IMG/VR virus record: IMGVR_UViG_3300028823_000151
Source of the DNA: a virus
Direction: 5' to 3' (one strand)
DNA: 59,591 nt
Below are positions 16,198 to 22,567 of this stretch, in pieces; within the stretch, counting starts at the first letter, position 1; every line of letters starts with the position of its first letter. The position numbers and the translations under genes were made by a program. The notes below the pieces were generated by a model that was given only the letters and a program-made list of their open reading frames with translations, did not search any database and was not told the DNA's origin.

Positions 16198-16405
16198 TGT
16201 TTTTGTCCTTAAAAGGTTTATACTTACTGAAGCCGAACACCCTGTATCCGTTATAGTTTTTTAGAAAGTCTATACAGCCCCAAGACTTATTTCCAAGGTG
16301 ACGAGCGAACGATATGTCAATAACCTTTTTCTTTTGATCAATCGAAACGTTTTTAGTTTCTAAGGACCCTATTGCTTTTTGTAGTGTTAGTTCACGCCCT
16401 TTCAC
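16190..16405 (-). CDS. hypothetical protein
   Basis: 4-nt overlap with the upstream ORF. Confidence 0.45.
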   Translation of the reverse strand: MKGRELTLQKAIGSLETKNVSIDQKKKVIDISFARHLGNKSWGCIDFLKNYNGYRVFGFSKYKPFKDKNND

Positions 16406-16620
16406 TCGTTACCCCCTGTAGAAATAAAGCCCCTTAACCGGACACTATAACCCTTTCGTATTATAGAAGTAATTGTATCCGTTAACTCTTCTCTTCCCTT
16501 ACCTGTCATTACTTGTAAATCCTGTAATGTGGCTAATCGCTGATGGGCAATGCGATAATTGTTAACGGTAGTCAACAATTTTTGTTCGTCGGTTGTTAAC
16601 GTACTAATATGGTTCATCAT
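16402..16620 (-). CDS. hypothetical protein, possible winged-helix DNA-binding regulator; first gene of the leftward operon
   Basis: AAGGAGGA abuts the double ATG. QRLATLQDLQVMTGKGREELTDTITSIIRKGY is HTH-like. Confidence 0.4.
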   Translation of the reverse strand: MMNHISTLTTDEQKLLTTVNNYRIAHQRLATLQDLQVMTGKGREELTDTITSIIRKGYSVRLRGFISTGGNE

Positions 16621-16656
16621 TCCTCCTTATAGTATTTTAGTATTTAATAAACTAAT

Positions 16657-16706
16657 ATTATACTATATTATAGTATACATTATATACTGTATAATAACAT
16701 TATACT
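16657..16706 (-). promoter_or_regulatory. candidate -10 boxes (AGTATAAT on the minus strand) for the leftward operon starting at 16620
   Basis: attatact at 16657-16664 and 16699-16706 reads AGTATAAT on the minus strand. I saw no convincing -35. Confidence 0.3.
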
Positions 16707-16868
16707 ATTGTAAAGAACTTTTTATTAAAGGTTTATACTGTATATACCGATAAATATAAGTTAGCTGTCACTAACTTTAAACAGGGGTTAGGTAAAAAGT
16801 TACTCAATTTTTAGACAGTAAGGAAGTGTAATTGCTTAATGAGTAACTTTTTAGAACATAACCTATTA

Positions 16869-16928
16869 TAGTGTTCAAGGCATATAATGTACAGTAATTA
16901 CCGTGCTTTGTGGTTTTAGTGTTCAAGG
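16869..16928 (+). repeat. direct repeat TAGTGTTCAAGG x2 (16869-16880, 16917-16928)
   Basis: Two exact 12-mers spaced 48 bp apart. The related (A)CTTTTATAGTGTT occurs at 17492-17505 and 52261-52274. Confidence 0.8.
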
Positions 16929-17102
16929 ACTTGTACTTTATTAGTGTTTAGTTATTTAGTATCTAGTAAAAATACATTATTCAGTTTTTGTACATTTGTG
17001 AGTAACTTATATAAGGAAAAGTTACTCAATCTACTCACAAATAAATGTTTAGTAGGCATGTAACCGCCCTTAATTACCGGCTGTTAAATGCCCTTTTTTA
17101 GC

Positions 17103-17128
17103 TGAGTAACTTGAGTAACTTGAGTAGC
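17103..17128 (+). repeat. three tandem 9-bp iterons TGAGTAACT-TGAGTAACT-TGAGTAGCA
   Basis: Read directly from ctgagtaacttgagtaacttgagtagcac. Confidence 0.9.
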
Positions 17129-17144
17129 ACACTCTGAGAAAACC

Positions 17145-17166
17145 TATTTTAGCAGTTGCTAAAATA
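17145..17166. repeat. 22-bp perfect palindrome TATTTTAGCA-GT-TGCTAAAATA
   Basis: Arms 17145-17154 and 17157-17166 are exact reverse complements. The palindrome lies between the plus-oriented and minus-oriented iteron groups. Confidence 0.9.
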
Positions 17167-17643
17167 CCAAAATGAAGCTTTTGTTACTCAGCTACTCAGG
17201 ACAAACTACATAAAAGTGTCAGGGCATGTAACATACGGTAAATACCGTTAGTTACAAGCCTTAACCCCTGAGTAATTTTGAGTAGAACTGAGTAACTTTT
17301 TACTTTACCCCCTGTTTAAATGTGCTTCATTTTGTACGAAATCTCGGTACTCATTTTCATGGCTACTGGGATTTTAAAAATCCATTTGTGCCTGACATAC
17401 TATAAAAGTGTGATTGCTAAAAAACCCTCATGCCAGTACGTTCGGTTTCGCCAGCATAATCGTATTTTGGCCATTTCGTTTAACGAATTATACTTTTATA
17501 GTGTTCATGATTTTTTGGATCCATTTCGCTCTCGCTCAAGTGTTAACAGGGGTTAACCCACTTGGGATAAGGAAGCAAACTTGAGGGATACCGAGAGGCA
17601 GACGAACAGAAATCTTGGACTATAACGCCTTATAGGAAGGGAA

Positions 17644-17674
17644 TAAAAAAACCCTGTACAATTGTACAGGGTTT
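17644..17674 (-). terminator. rho-independent terminator of gene 17709..18182
   Basis: aaaccctgtacaattgtacagggttt is a perfect palindrome (17649-17674). On the minus strand it is followed by a T-run, which reads as aaaaaaa on the plus strand. Confidence 0.8.
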
Positions 17675-17708
17675 AATTTAAAACGTGGAGGTGTCTTAAC
17701 GACTGCTA

Positions 17709-18182
17709 TTATTTAAGACCTTTATCTTTATTTAATGTAACCTTGTTTTCGGCTGGTCTATAACCTTGCCAGTTAGCAGGAGCGTCTTTTCCTTTTCCTT
17801 CTAACTTGTATGTACCTGTTTTAGGATCGAAAGAAATCCATACCCTATTTTCAGGCTCAACTTTAAGGATAGACTTACGGATAATACTTGCACATTCTTT
17901 ACGTCCCATTTTAAATTGTTTGAAAACTTCATCTTCAGAAACACTTTTCTTTTCGGTAAGAAAATCAATAAACTTGGACATCGCTGAACTTGATCCGCCA
18001 CCTGTAGCTATACCATATAGTGAAGGGCGAATTTTTGCAAGAGCGTCTTTGTACTTAGGATCTGATTGTTTGTCAACAAGCTCTTTAATTATTGCGAAAC
18101 TTTCTTTTTTCATCTGAGCCTTTGATTTACCTTCAGTCTTTGCAGCTCCTACAGTTTGTTCAGTTTTCTTTTCGTTTAACAT
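17709..18182 (-). CDS. hypothetical Lys-rich protein, monocistronic unit with its own terminator
   Basis: AAGGAG SD at 7 nt. A perfect palindromic terminator lies 35 nt downstream. Confidence 0.55.
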   Translation of the reverse strand: MLNEKKTEQTVGAAKTEGKSKAQMKKESFAIIKELVDKQSDPKYKDALAKIRPSLYGIATGGGSSSAMSKFIDFLTEKKSVSEDEVFKQFKMGRKECASIIRKSILKVEPENRVWISFDPKTGTYKLEGKGKDAPANWQGYRPAENKVTLNKDKGLK

Positions 18183-18267
18183 ATTGTTACTCCTTTTAAT
18201 TTAATTTTGTTTGGCTTTTAATAAGCCTATTAAGTGAGGGCGGTTAAGCCCTCGTATAATAGGACTA

Positions 18268-18498
18268 CTAAGCAACCAGTACGGCTCTGTTATAGTAAGC
18301 TATTTGTGTAAGGTTAAGAGTAACACTTTCGCCGTTTACTGAAAAGTTAATTAAGCCGTGACGTCTGAGTCGATTTAATTTGTACATGAAAGTTTTTCTA
18401 TCTTCATAGTTAAGTTCTTTCATAGCGTGTTTAATGTTTCTTGTTTTCTTGTTTGAAGCCCAGCGTATAATTCTTTCGTTTTTGTTTAGTTTTCTCAT
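18268..18498 (-). CDS. hypothetical protein, possible winged-helix DNA-binding regulator
   Basis: AAGGAG SD. The protein is basic, and RKTFMYKLNRLRRHGLINFSVNGESVTL is wHTH-like. Confidence 0.45.
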   Translation of the reverse strand: MRKLNKNERIIRWASNKKTRNIKHAMKELNYEDRKTFMYKLNRLRRHGLINFSVNGESVTLNLTQIAYYNRAVLVA

Positions 18499-18578
18499 TG
18501 TTGTTTCTCCTTTATTCTTTAGTTCGTTTGTTCTTTTGTTTTATACATTCAATATAATGTATTCGAAAAATAAAACAA

Positions 18579-18609
18579 GAACTTTTTTAGACGAAACAGA
18601 AAAAAGTTC
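18579..18609. promoter_or_regulatory. palindromic operator GAACTTTTTT-N11-AAAAAAGTTC (perfect 10-bp arms)
   Basis: gaacttttttagacgaaacagaaaaaagttc lies in the divergent intergenic region between 18498 (-) and 18970 (+). Confidence 0.7.
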
Positions 18610-18683
18610 AGGTACTTTGGATCTATTTATAGCGGTTTACCTGTATTCCCTACAATTCTCGTAGCACACTTTAATAGCGTTGC

Positions 18684-18713
18684 CTCATCTGTCCCAGACG
18701 GCAGTTTATTTTA
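18684..18713 (+). repeat. 30-mer CTCATCTGTCCCAGACGGCAGTTTATTTTA, copy 1
   Basis: Identical to 52199-52228. Lies 186 nt from the start of the leftward gene 18268..18498. Confidence 0.9.
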
Positions 18714-18868
18714 GTACCACATGTAAACTAACGTGGGGCTTTATAACCTTGTCAGGGCGTTTATATGGACTATACCCCTATTATATATACATAGTTGTAC
18801 AATGTGTACAGTTATACAGGGTTTTTACCTTATATACTGTAATACAATAAGCCTAAACAGTACAGCCG

Positions 18869-18899
18869 GAACTTTTTTATAAAAGGTACAAAAAATTTC
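18869..18899. promoter_or_regulatory. operator copy GAACTTTTTT-N11-AAAAAATTTC (9/10), about 70 nt upstream of the 18970 start
   Basis: Read directly: gaacttttttataaaaggtacaaaaaatttc. Confidence 0.6.
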
Positions 18900-18969
18900 T
18901 TTATTTCTCGTCTCAGTTTACGATATTATAAGTAGAGTAATAAAGGTAATTTAAAGACAGGAGAATTTA

Positions 18970-19206
18970 ATGAAAAACAGATACGAACAGCTTCAAGACT
19001 TACTTGTTGACACCATCCGGGAACGGAGGGGTTATGTTTATGTGTTTAAGGACCGTGAGTCTACAATCGTAGGCGTTATGGTACTTGCAAGAAACGAGAA
19101 ACCAGACAAAAACTATTTGTTATTGACCGATGAAAAGGTTGACGACGAAAAGTGTATGTACTACAAGTTTAGTGAAAAGACAAGACGTTGGTGTTTAACT
19201 AGATAA
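18970..19206 (+). CDS. hypothetical protein (early cassette 1)
   Basis: CAGGAG SD, its own upstream operator and a downstream terminator. Confidence 0.55.
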   Translation: MKNRYEQLQDLLVDTIRERRGYVYVFKDRESTIVGVMVLARNEKPDKNYLLLTDEKVDDEKCMYYKFSEKTRRWCLTR

Positions 19207-19232
19207 CCTTAAGAGCCTTTATTACCTACATT

Positions 19233-19264
19233 GGAACCCTGTATTTCGGTACAGGGTTCCTTTA
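19233..19264 (+). terminator. rho-independent terminator of cassette 1
   Basis: ggaaccctgta-tttcgg-tacagggttcc forms an 11-bp stem, followed by ttta. Confidence 0.75.
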
Positions 19265-19271
19265 CATGTAG

Positions 19272-19301
19272 CAACTTTTTCTAACGAGAATGAAAAAGTT
19301 C
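19272..19301. promoter_or_regulatory. operator copy CAACTTTTTC-N10-GAAAAAGTTC, followed by TTGTATACT, upstream of the 19360 start
   Basis: Read directly: caactttttctaacgagaatgaaaaagttc. Confidence 0.65.
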
Positions 19302-19359
19302 TTGTATACTTTCTTCTTATTAACTATATTGAGTGTATTAAAACAAAGGAGAAAAGGTC

Positions 19360-19566
19360 ATGAGAAAAGTATACAGATTAAAAAACACAAAACAAAACAT
19401 TCAAGTAGTTGTGTTTAAGACAAGGTTCAGCTCATACGAAATAGTAGCTTATGTTAATGACCAAAAGGAACACCTTCAAACTGTTAATGTAAACAATAGT
19501 AAATGGACTGAAGCTTGTAACAAAGCGGTTGCAGTAGCCAAAGTTCATTATGATAACTTAGTATAA
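19360..19566 (+). CDS. hypothetical protein (early cassette 2)
   Basis: AAAGGAGAAAAGG SD, its own operator and terminator. Confidence 0.55.
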   Translation: MRKVYRLKNTKQNIQVVVFKTRFSSYEIVAYVNDQKEHLQTVNVNNSKWTEACNKAVAVAKVHYDNLV

Positions 19567-19569
19567 AAT

Positions 19570-19583
19570 TTGTCCTCATAACA
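19570..19583 (+). repeat. 3'-UTR motif TTGTCCTCATAACA (also at 20009-20022)
   Basis: Exact 14-mers lie 4-5 nt after the stop codons of cassettes 2 and 3. Confidence 0.8.
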
Positions 19584-19615
19584 CTTGCCTTAACACCTAC
19601 ACACCTATCCTCAAT

Positions 19616-19645
19616 AAGACCCCTTTTCATTAAGGGGTCTTATTT
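19616..19645 (+). terminator. rho-independent terminator of cassette 2
   Basis: aagacccctt-ttcatt-aaggggtctt forms a 10-bp stem, followed by attt. Confidence 0.75.
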
Positions 19646-19649
19646 ACAG

Positions 19650-19680
19650 CAACTTTTTTCTCAGCGAATGAAAATTCTTC
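19650..19680. promoter_or_regulatory. operator copy with conserved left arm CAACTTTTTT and a degenerate right arm, upstream of the 19738 start
   Basis: caacttttttctcagcgaatgaaaattcttc lies at the same position relative to the SD as the 19272 copy. Confidence 0.5.
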
Positions 19681-19737
19681 TTGTAGTGTAGATCGTTTAT
19701 TGATATATTATATTCATAAACAAAAGGAGAAAAGTCT

Positions 19738-20007
19738 ATGAAAACAAGAACAGAGTACAACACAAATTTCAAAAACATTATGGGAAAATGTGATAACAAC
19801 ACATTAGTATCAAACATAGTACACGGAACATTGATGAAACTGAATTTAGGTTGGACTTTACAAAAAGCATTCTTTGAAACATGCGAATACGAAAACCTTT
19901 ATGGGAACCGTAAACACATTGTACAAATAAGAAAGAATGTTGCAGGCGTATTAAGAAACAGGTATGCTTTAATAGTTAACCCTACAGACAAAAGATGGAT
20001 GGAATAA
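19738..20007 (+). CDS. hypothetical protein (early cassette 3)
   Basis: AAAAGGAGAAAAG SD, its own operator and terminator. Confidence 0.55.
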   Translation: MKTRTEYNTNFKNIMGKCDNNTLVSNIVHGTLMKLNLGWTLQKAFFETCEYENLYGNRKHIVQIRKNVAGVLRNRYALIVNPTDKRWME

Positions 20008-20052
20008 ATTGTCCTCATAACATACTACAATATTATCCCACCTTACATCCTC

Positions 20053-20090
20053 GAAAATAACCCTTGTATAATAACAAGGGTTATTTTCTT
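20053..20090 (+). terminator. rho-independent terminator of cassette 3
   Basis: gaaaataacccttgt-ataata-acaagggttattttc forms a 15-bp stem, followed by tt. Confidence 0.75.
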
Positions 20091-20213
20091 ATATACTACA
20101 TACATTATTTTCCATTAGCAGTTTTTTGTTTCCGAGTTACAAATTTTAGTAGTATATTATATTAGTATAGTGTATAATACTTAATTAGTTTTACTATGTA
20201 TAAGGTTTAAACA

Positions 20214-20603
20214 ATGTCTAAAGAATTTGATCAAAAGAAAGAACAAATAGTCGCATGTTTTGAAAGGACGTTTGATAAGAACATGGCCTACACAAAACTT
20301 GGACTAACGGATAAGGAAATAGAACTGCTTGAAAACGACAAGGAGTTTCAACAACGTTTGGAATTTCGTCTTATAGACAAGCGTGAAGAATTGATAGACA
20401 AGTACTCAGAGTTTATGGAAAGTGATAATGAAAGTATTTCCTTTAAGGCTACACAAGAAATGGCACAGGTCCTTTATCCGGATTTCTTTAAGAACAAAAG
20501 GGAGTCGGGAATTATTATCAACAATAACCTAACCGACTTTAGTAAGTTCACAGATGATCAACTTAAAGTGATTATACAAAAAGGGAAATTAAGAAATGAA
20601 TGA
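20214..20603 (+). CDS. hypothetical protein, possible terminase small subunit
   Basis: Lies upstream of terL and has an HTH-like segment, MAYTKLGLTDKEIELL. The evidence is position only. Confidence 0.3.
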   Translation: MSKEFDQKKEQIVACFERTFDKNMAYTKLGLTDKEIELLENDKEFQQRLEFRLIDKREELIDKYSEFMESDNESISFKATQEMAQVLYPDFFKNKRESGIIINNNLTDFSKFTDDQLKVIIQKGKLRNE

Positions 20604-20877
20604 TCAAATAGAAAAGAATTTTACTTACCATGTACCAACTGAAGATGACATTTCTGTTTTGTCTATGATAAGACAAACCGCAAAGGACTTTGTTTACTTG
20701 TTAGATGAATTTTGTCCAGACTCTCGTGAACGTTCTTTAGCTATAACAAAAATTGAAGAGTCTGTAATGTGGGCCAATGCTTCTATTGTAAGAAACAAAA
20801 CTACATGGAAGGATAAACAGGATCCTTTAGAGGATCTTAAGAATGGAATAAAGATTGTAGAGGAAAACTATAAGTGA
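20596..20877 (+). CDS. hypothetical protein, possibly Acb2/Vs.4-like cyclic-nucleotide-binding anti-defence protein
   Basis: NFTYHVPTEDDISVLSMIRQTAKDFVYLLDEFCPDSRERSLAITKIEESVMWANASIVRN follows a widespread phage pattern (F.YH.P...IR....L...I....P.SRE.SLA.TK.EE..MWAN..I.R). I associate that pattern with this family from memory only. Confidence 0.35.
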   Translation: MNDQIEKNFTYHVPTEDDISVLSMIRQTAKDFVYLLDEFCPDSRERSLAITKIEESVMWANASIVRNKTTWKDKQDPLEDLKNGIKIVEENYK

Positions 20878-20888
20878 AGGAGGTCCTT

Positions 20889-21062
20889 ATGGCCGAGTTC
20901 AGAGCAAGTATTGAAGCTACAACTACTAGAAGAAAAATTAGAAAGGAAGATATGGATTCCTTTAAGGACTATAGTTCACATGAAGAAAAACTATCGCCAC
21001 TTGTTACAAGGGCAATAGAAAAAGGAAAAAGATTTCTAGAGGAGATAACAAGAGACGGATGA
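20889..21062 (+). CDS. hypothetical protein
   Basis: The ATG at 20889 follows GAAGGAGG (20876-20883); the track start at 20874 is a GTG. The stop overlaps the terL start (ATGA). Confidence 0.45.
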   Translation: MAEFRASIEATTTRRKIRKEDMDSFKDYSSHEEKLSPLVTRAIEKGKRFLEEITRDG

Positions 21063-22555
21063 ACCGATCTTTGGAAAGCCTTTCTGTTCAGGAAAGGATA
21101 GTTTCTGAGTTAGCAAGGAGAGAATTAGCTAGAAGAGATTTTTTAGAGTTTGCAAATTTTACAATGGATGAGTTTGAACCTACTTGGTTCCATGAGACTT
21201 ATTATAAGATACTTAATTATTTTTCTTTAGGTATGTTAAAGAAACTCATGGTTACAATAGGTCCACAAAATGGAAAAAGTGAAGGTAGTTCTAGAAGACT
21301 ACCTGCCTACATGTTAGGAAAGAATCCAAACTTAAAGATAGGCTTGGCAAGCTTCAACTCTTCTTTCGCACAGAAGTTTTCAATGGATGTACAAAGGATA
21401 ATTGTCGATTATCCTTATTACAATTTGTTTCCAGAAACTACCTTACAATCAACAGAATTTTCACCGGATACAAGAGGAAAGGAATACAAAAAGACCCAAA
21501 GCCTTTTTGAAATTGTTAATCATCAAGGGGCAATGAAATCAGTTGGTAGGGGTGGAGCCTTAACAGGTGAAAAGATAGACCTTATGATATTGGATGACCT
21601 TTATAAAGATTATTCAGAAGGAAACAGTCCAATTGTACGTGAAGCAGTTATCAATTGGTACTTGTCTGTTGTTCTTAAAAGGTTACATAATAAAAGCCAG
21701 CAGTTAATTGTTTTCACAAGATGGCATGAAGAAGACCTTATAGGGTATTTAGAAAAGAAAACAAAAGTTAAGACCTTAGAAAGCTGGAAGGATTTAGAAT
21801 ACTTTATAGACAATCCACAAGTTTGGTGTAAGATTAATTTTCCTACACTAAAGATTGGTGAACCTACTGAACTTGATCCAAGGGAACCTGGAGAAGCTAT
21901 TTGGCCTAACCGACATAGTCGAGAAGACAAAGAAGCTGAAAGGGAAATGGATGAAGAAAAGTTTGATTCATTGGAACAGGGTGACCCGAAACCTAAAAGA
22001 GGATTGCTTTATCAAAAAGGATTTAACCTTTATAAAATACGTCCTTCATATTTTAGGGAAATTAAAAACTATACAGACTCAGCAGATGAAGGGACAGATT
22101 ATTTATGTTCTATTTGTTATGGAGTAGGAACAGACAATAAGATTTATATACTTGACGTACTGTACACGCAAGCACCACAAGAAGAAACGGAACCTTTAAC
22201 AGCTGAATTATTGTCAATGAATAAAGTTACCTTTGCAGATTTTGAAAGTAACAATGGAGGAAAAGGTTTTGCTAGATCAGTAGATAGATTATTAAACAGA
22301 AAAATAATTATCGAATGGTTCCATCAAAGTGGGAATAAGGAAAGTAGGATTATAACTAACGCTCCAGCGTGTATGAGATATATATTGTTTCCAGAAAACT
22401 GGACAACAATGTGGCCTGAATTTTCAAGGGACCTTTTACGATTTAGAAAAAACTTTAAATCCAATAAACATAACGATGGACCTGATGCTTTAACAGGAGT
22501 CTTAGAATACAGTGGATTATTAACAGAAGTTAATGATGCATTAAATAGTTGGTAA
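21059..22555 (+). CDS. terL: terminase large subunit
   Basis: N-terminal FLEFANF...WFHETYYKIL, Walker A-like GPQNGKSEGS and Walker B DLMILDD. The C-terminal nuclease-like region and the 498-aa size both fit. Confidence 0.85.
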   Translation: MNRSLESLSVQERIVSELARRELARRDFLEFANFTMDEFEPTWFHETYYKILNYFSLGMLKKLMVTIGPQNGKSEGSSRRLPAYMLGKNPNLKIGLASFNSSFAQKFSMDVQRIIVDYPYYNLFPETTLQSTEFSPDTRGKEYKKTQSLFEIVNHQGAMKSVGRGGALTGEKIDLMILDDLYKDYSEGNSPIVREAVINWYLSVVLKRLHNKSQQLIVFTRWHEEDLIGYLEKKTKVKTLESWKDLEYFIDNPQVWCKINFPTLKIGEPTELDPREPGEAIWPNRHSREDKEAEREMDEEKFDSLEQGDPKPKRGLLYQKGFNLYKIRPSYFREIKNYTDSADEGTDYLCSICYGVGTDNKIYILDVLYTQAPQEETEPLTAELLSMNKVTFADFESNNGGKGFARSVDRLLNRKIIIEWFHQSGNKESRIITNAPACMRYILFPENWTTMWPEFSRDLLRFRKNFKSNKHNDGPDALTGVLEYSGLLTEVNDALNSW

Positions 22556-22567
22556 TAGGAAATAACT

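Larger units (their letters stand above)
16776..17320. repeat. non-coding cassette bracketed by imperfect 31/32-bp inverted repeats and filled with TGAGTARC iterons (origin or regulatory array candidate)
   Basis: Left arm is tttaaacaggggttaggtaaaaagttactca (16776-16806). The reverse complement of the right arm (17289-17320) is tttaaacagggggtaaagtaaaaagttactca. TGAGTAAC lies on the plus strand at 16840, 16999, 17103, 17112 and 17289, and on the minus strand at 16799, 17021 and 17183. TGAGTAGC lies at 17121 (+) and 17191 (-). Variants lie at 17031 (-), 17269 (+) and 17279 (+). Confidence 0.85.

Noticed and set aside
16776-17320. CRISPR array or tRNA/ncRNA gene in the repeat-rich region
   Set aside because: The repeat units are only 8-9 bp, occur on both strands and have irregular spacing, so there is no CRISPR repeat-spacer architecture. 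I found no cloverleaf-compatible sequence with a GTTCGAATC-like T-loop here or elsewhere in the window.
17320-17556. 78-aa plus-strand ORF in the non-coding iteron region
   Set aside because: It has no SD and starts inside the right inverted repeat. Its composition is odd and Cys/Phe-rich. The repeat motif ACTTTTATAGTGTT lies inside it. The region behaves as regulatory or repeat DNA.
3567-18664. Short ORFs overlapping well-supported leftward genes
   Set aside because: All lie antisense to, or in an alternate frame of, ORFs that have family motifs or strong SD sites. None has its own SD or a recognisable motif. The ORFs are 3567..3758, 8151..8420, 8774..8974, 10619..10855, 11157..11480, 12604..12843, 12911..13114, 13636..13827, 13784..14044, 16559..16753, 17801..18001, 17806..18117 and 18434..18664.
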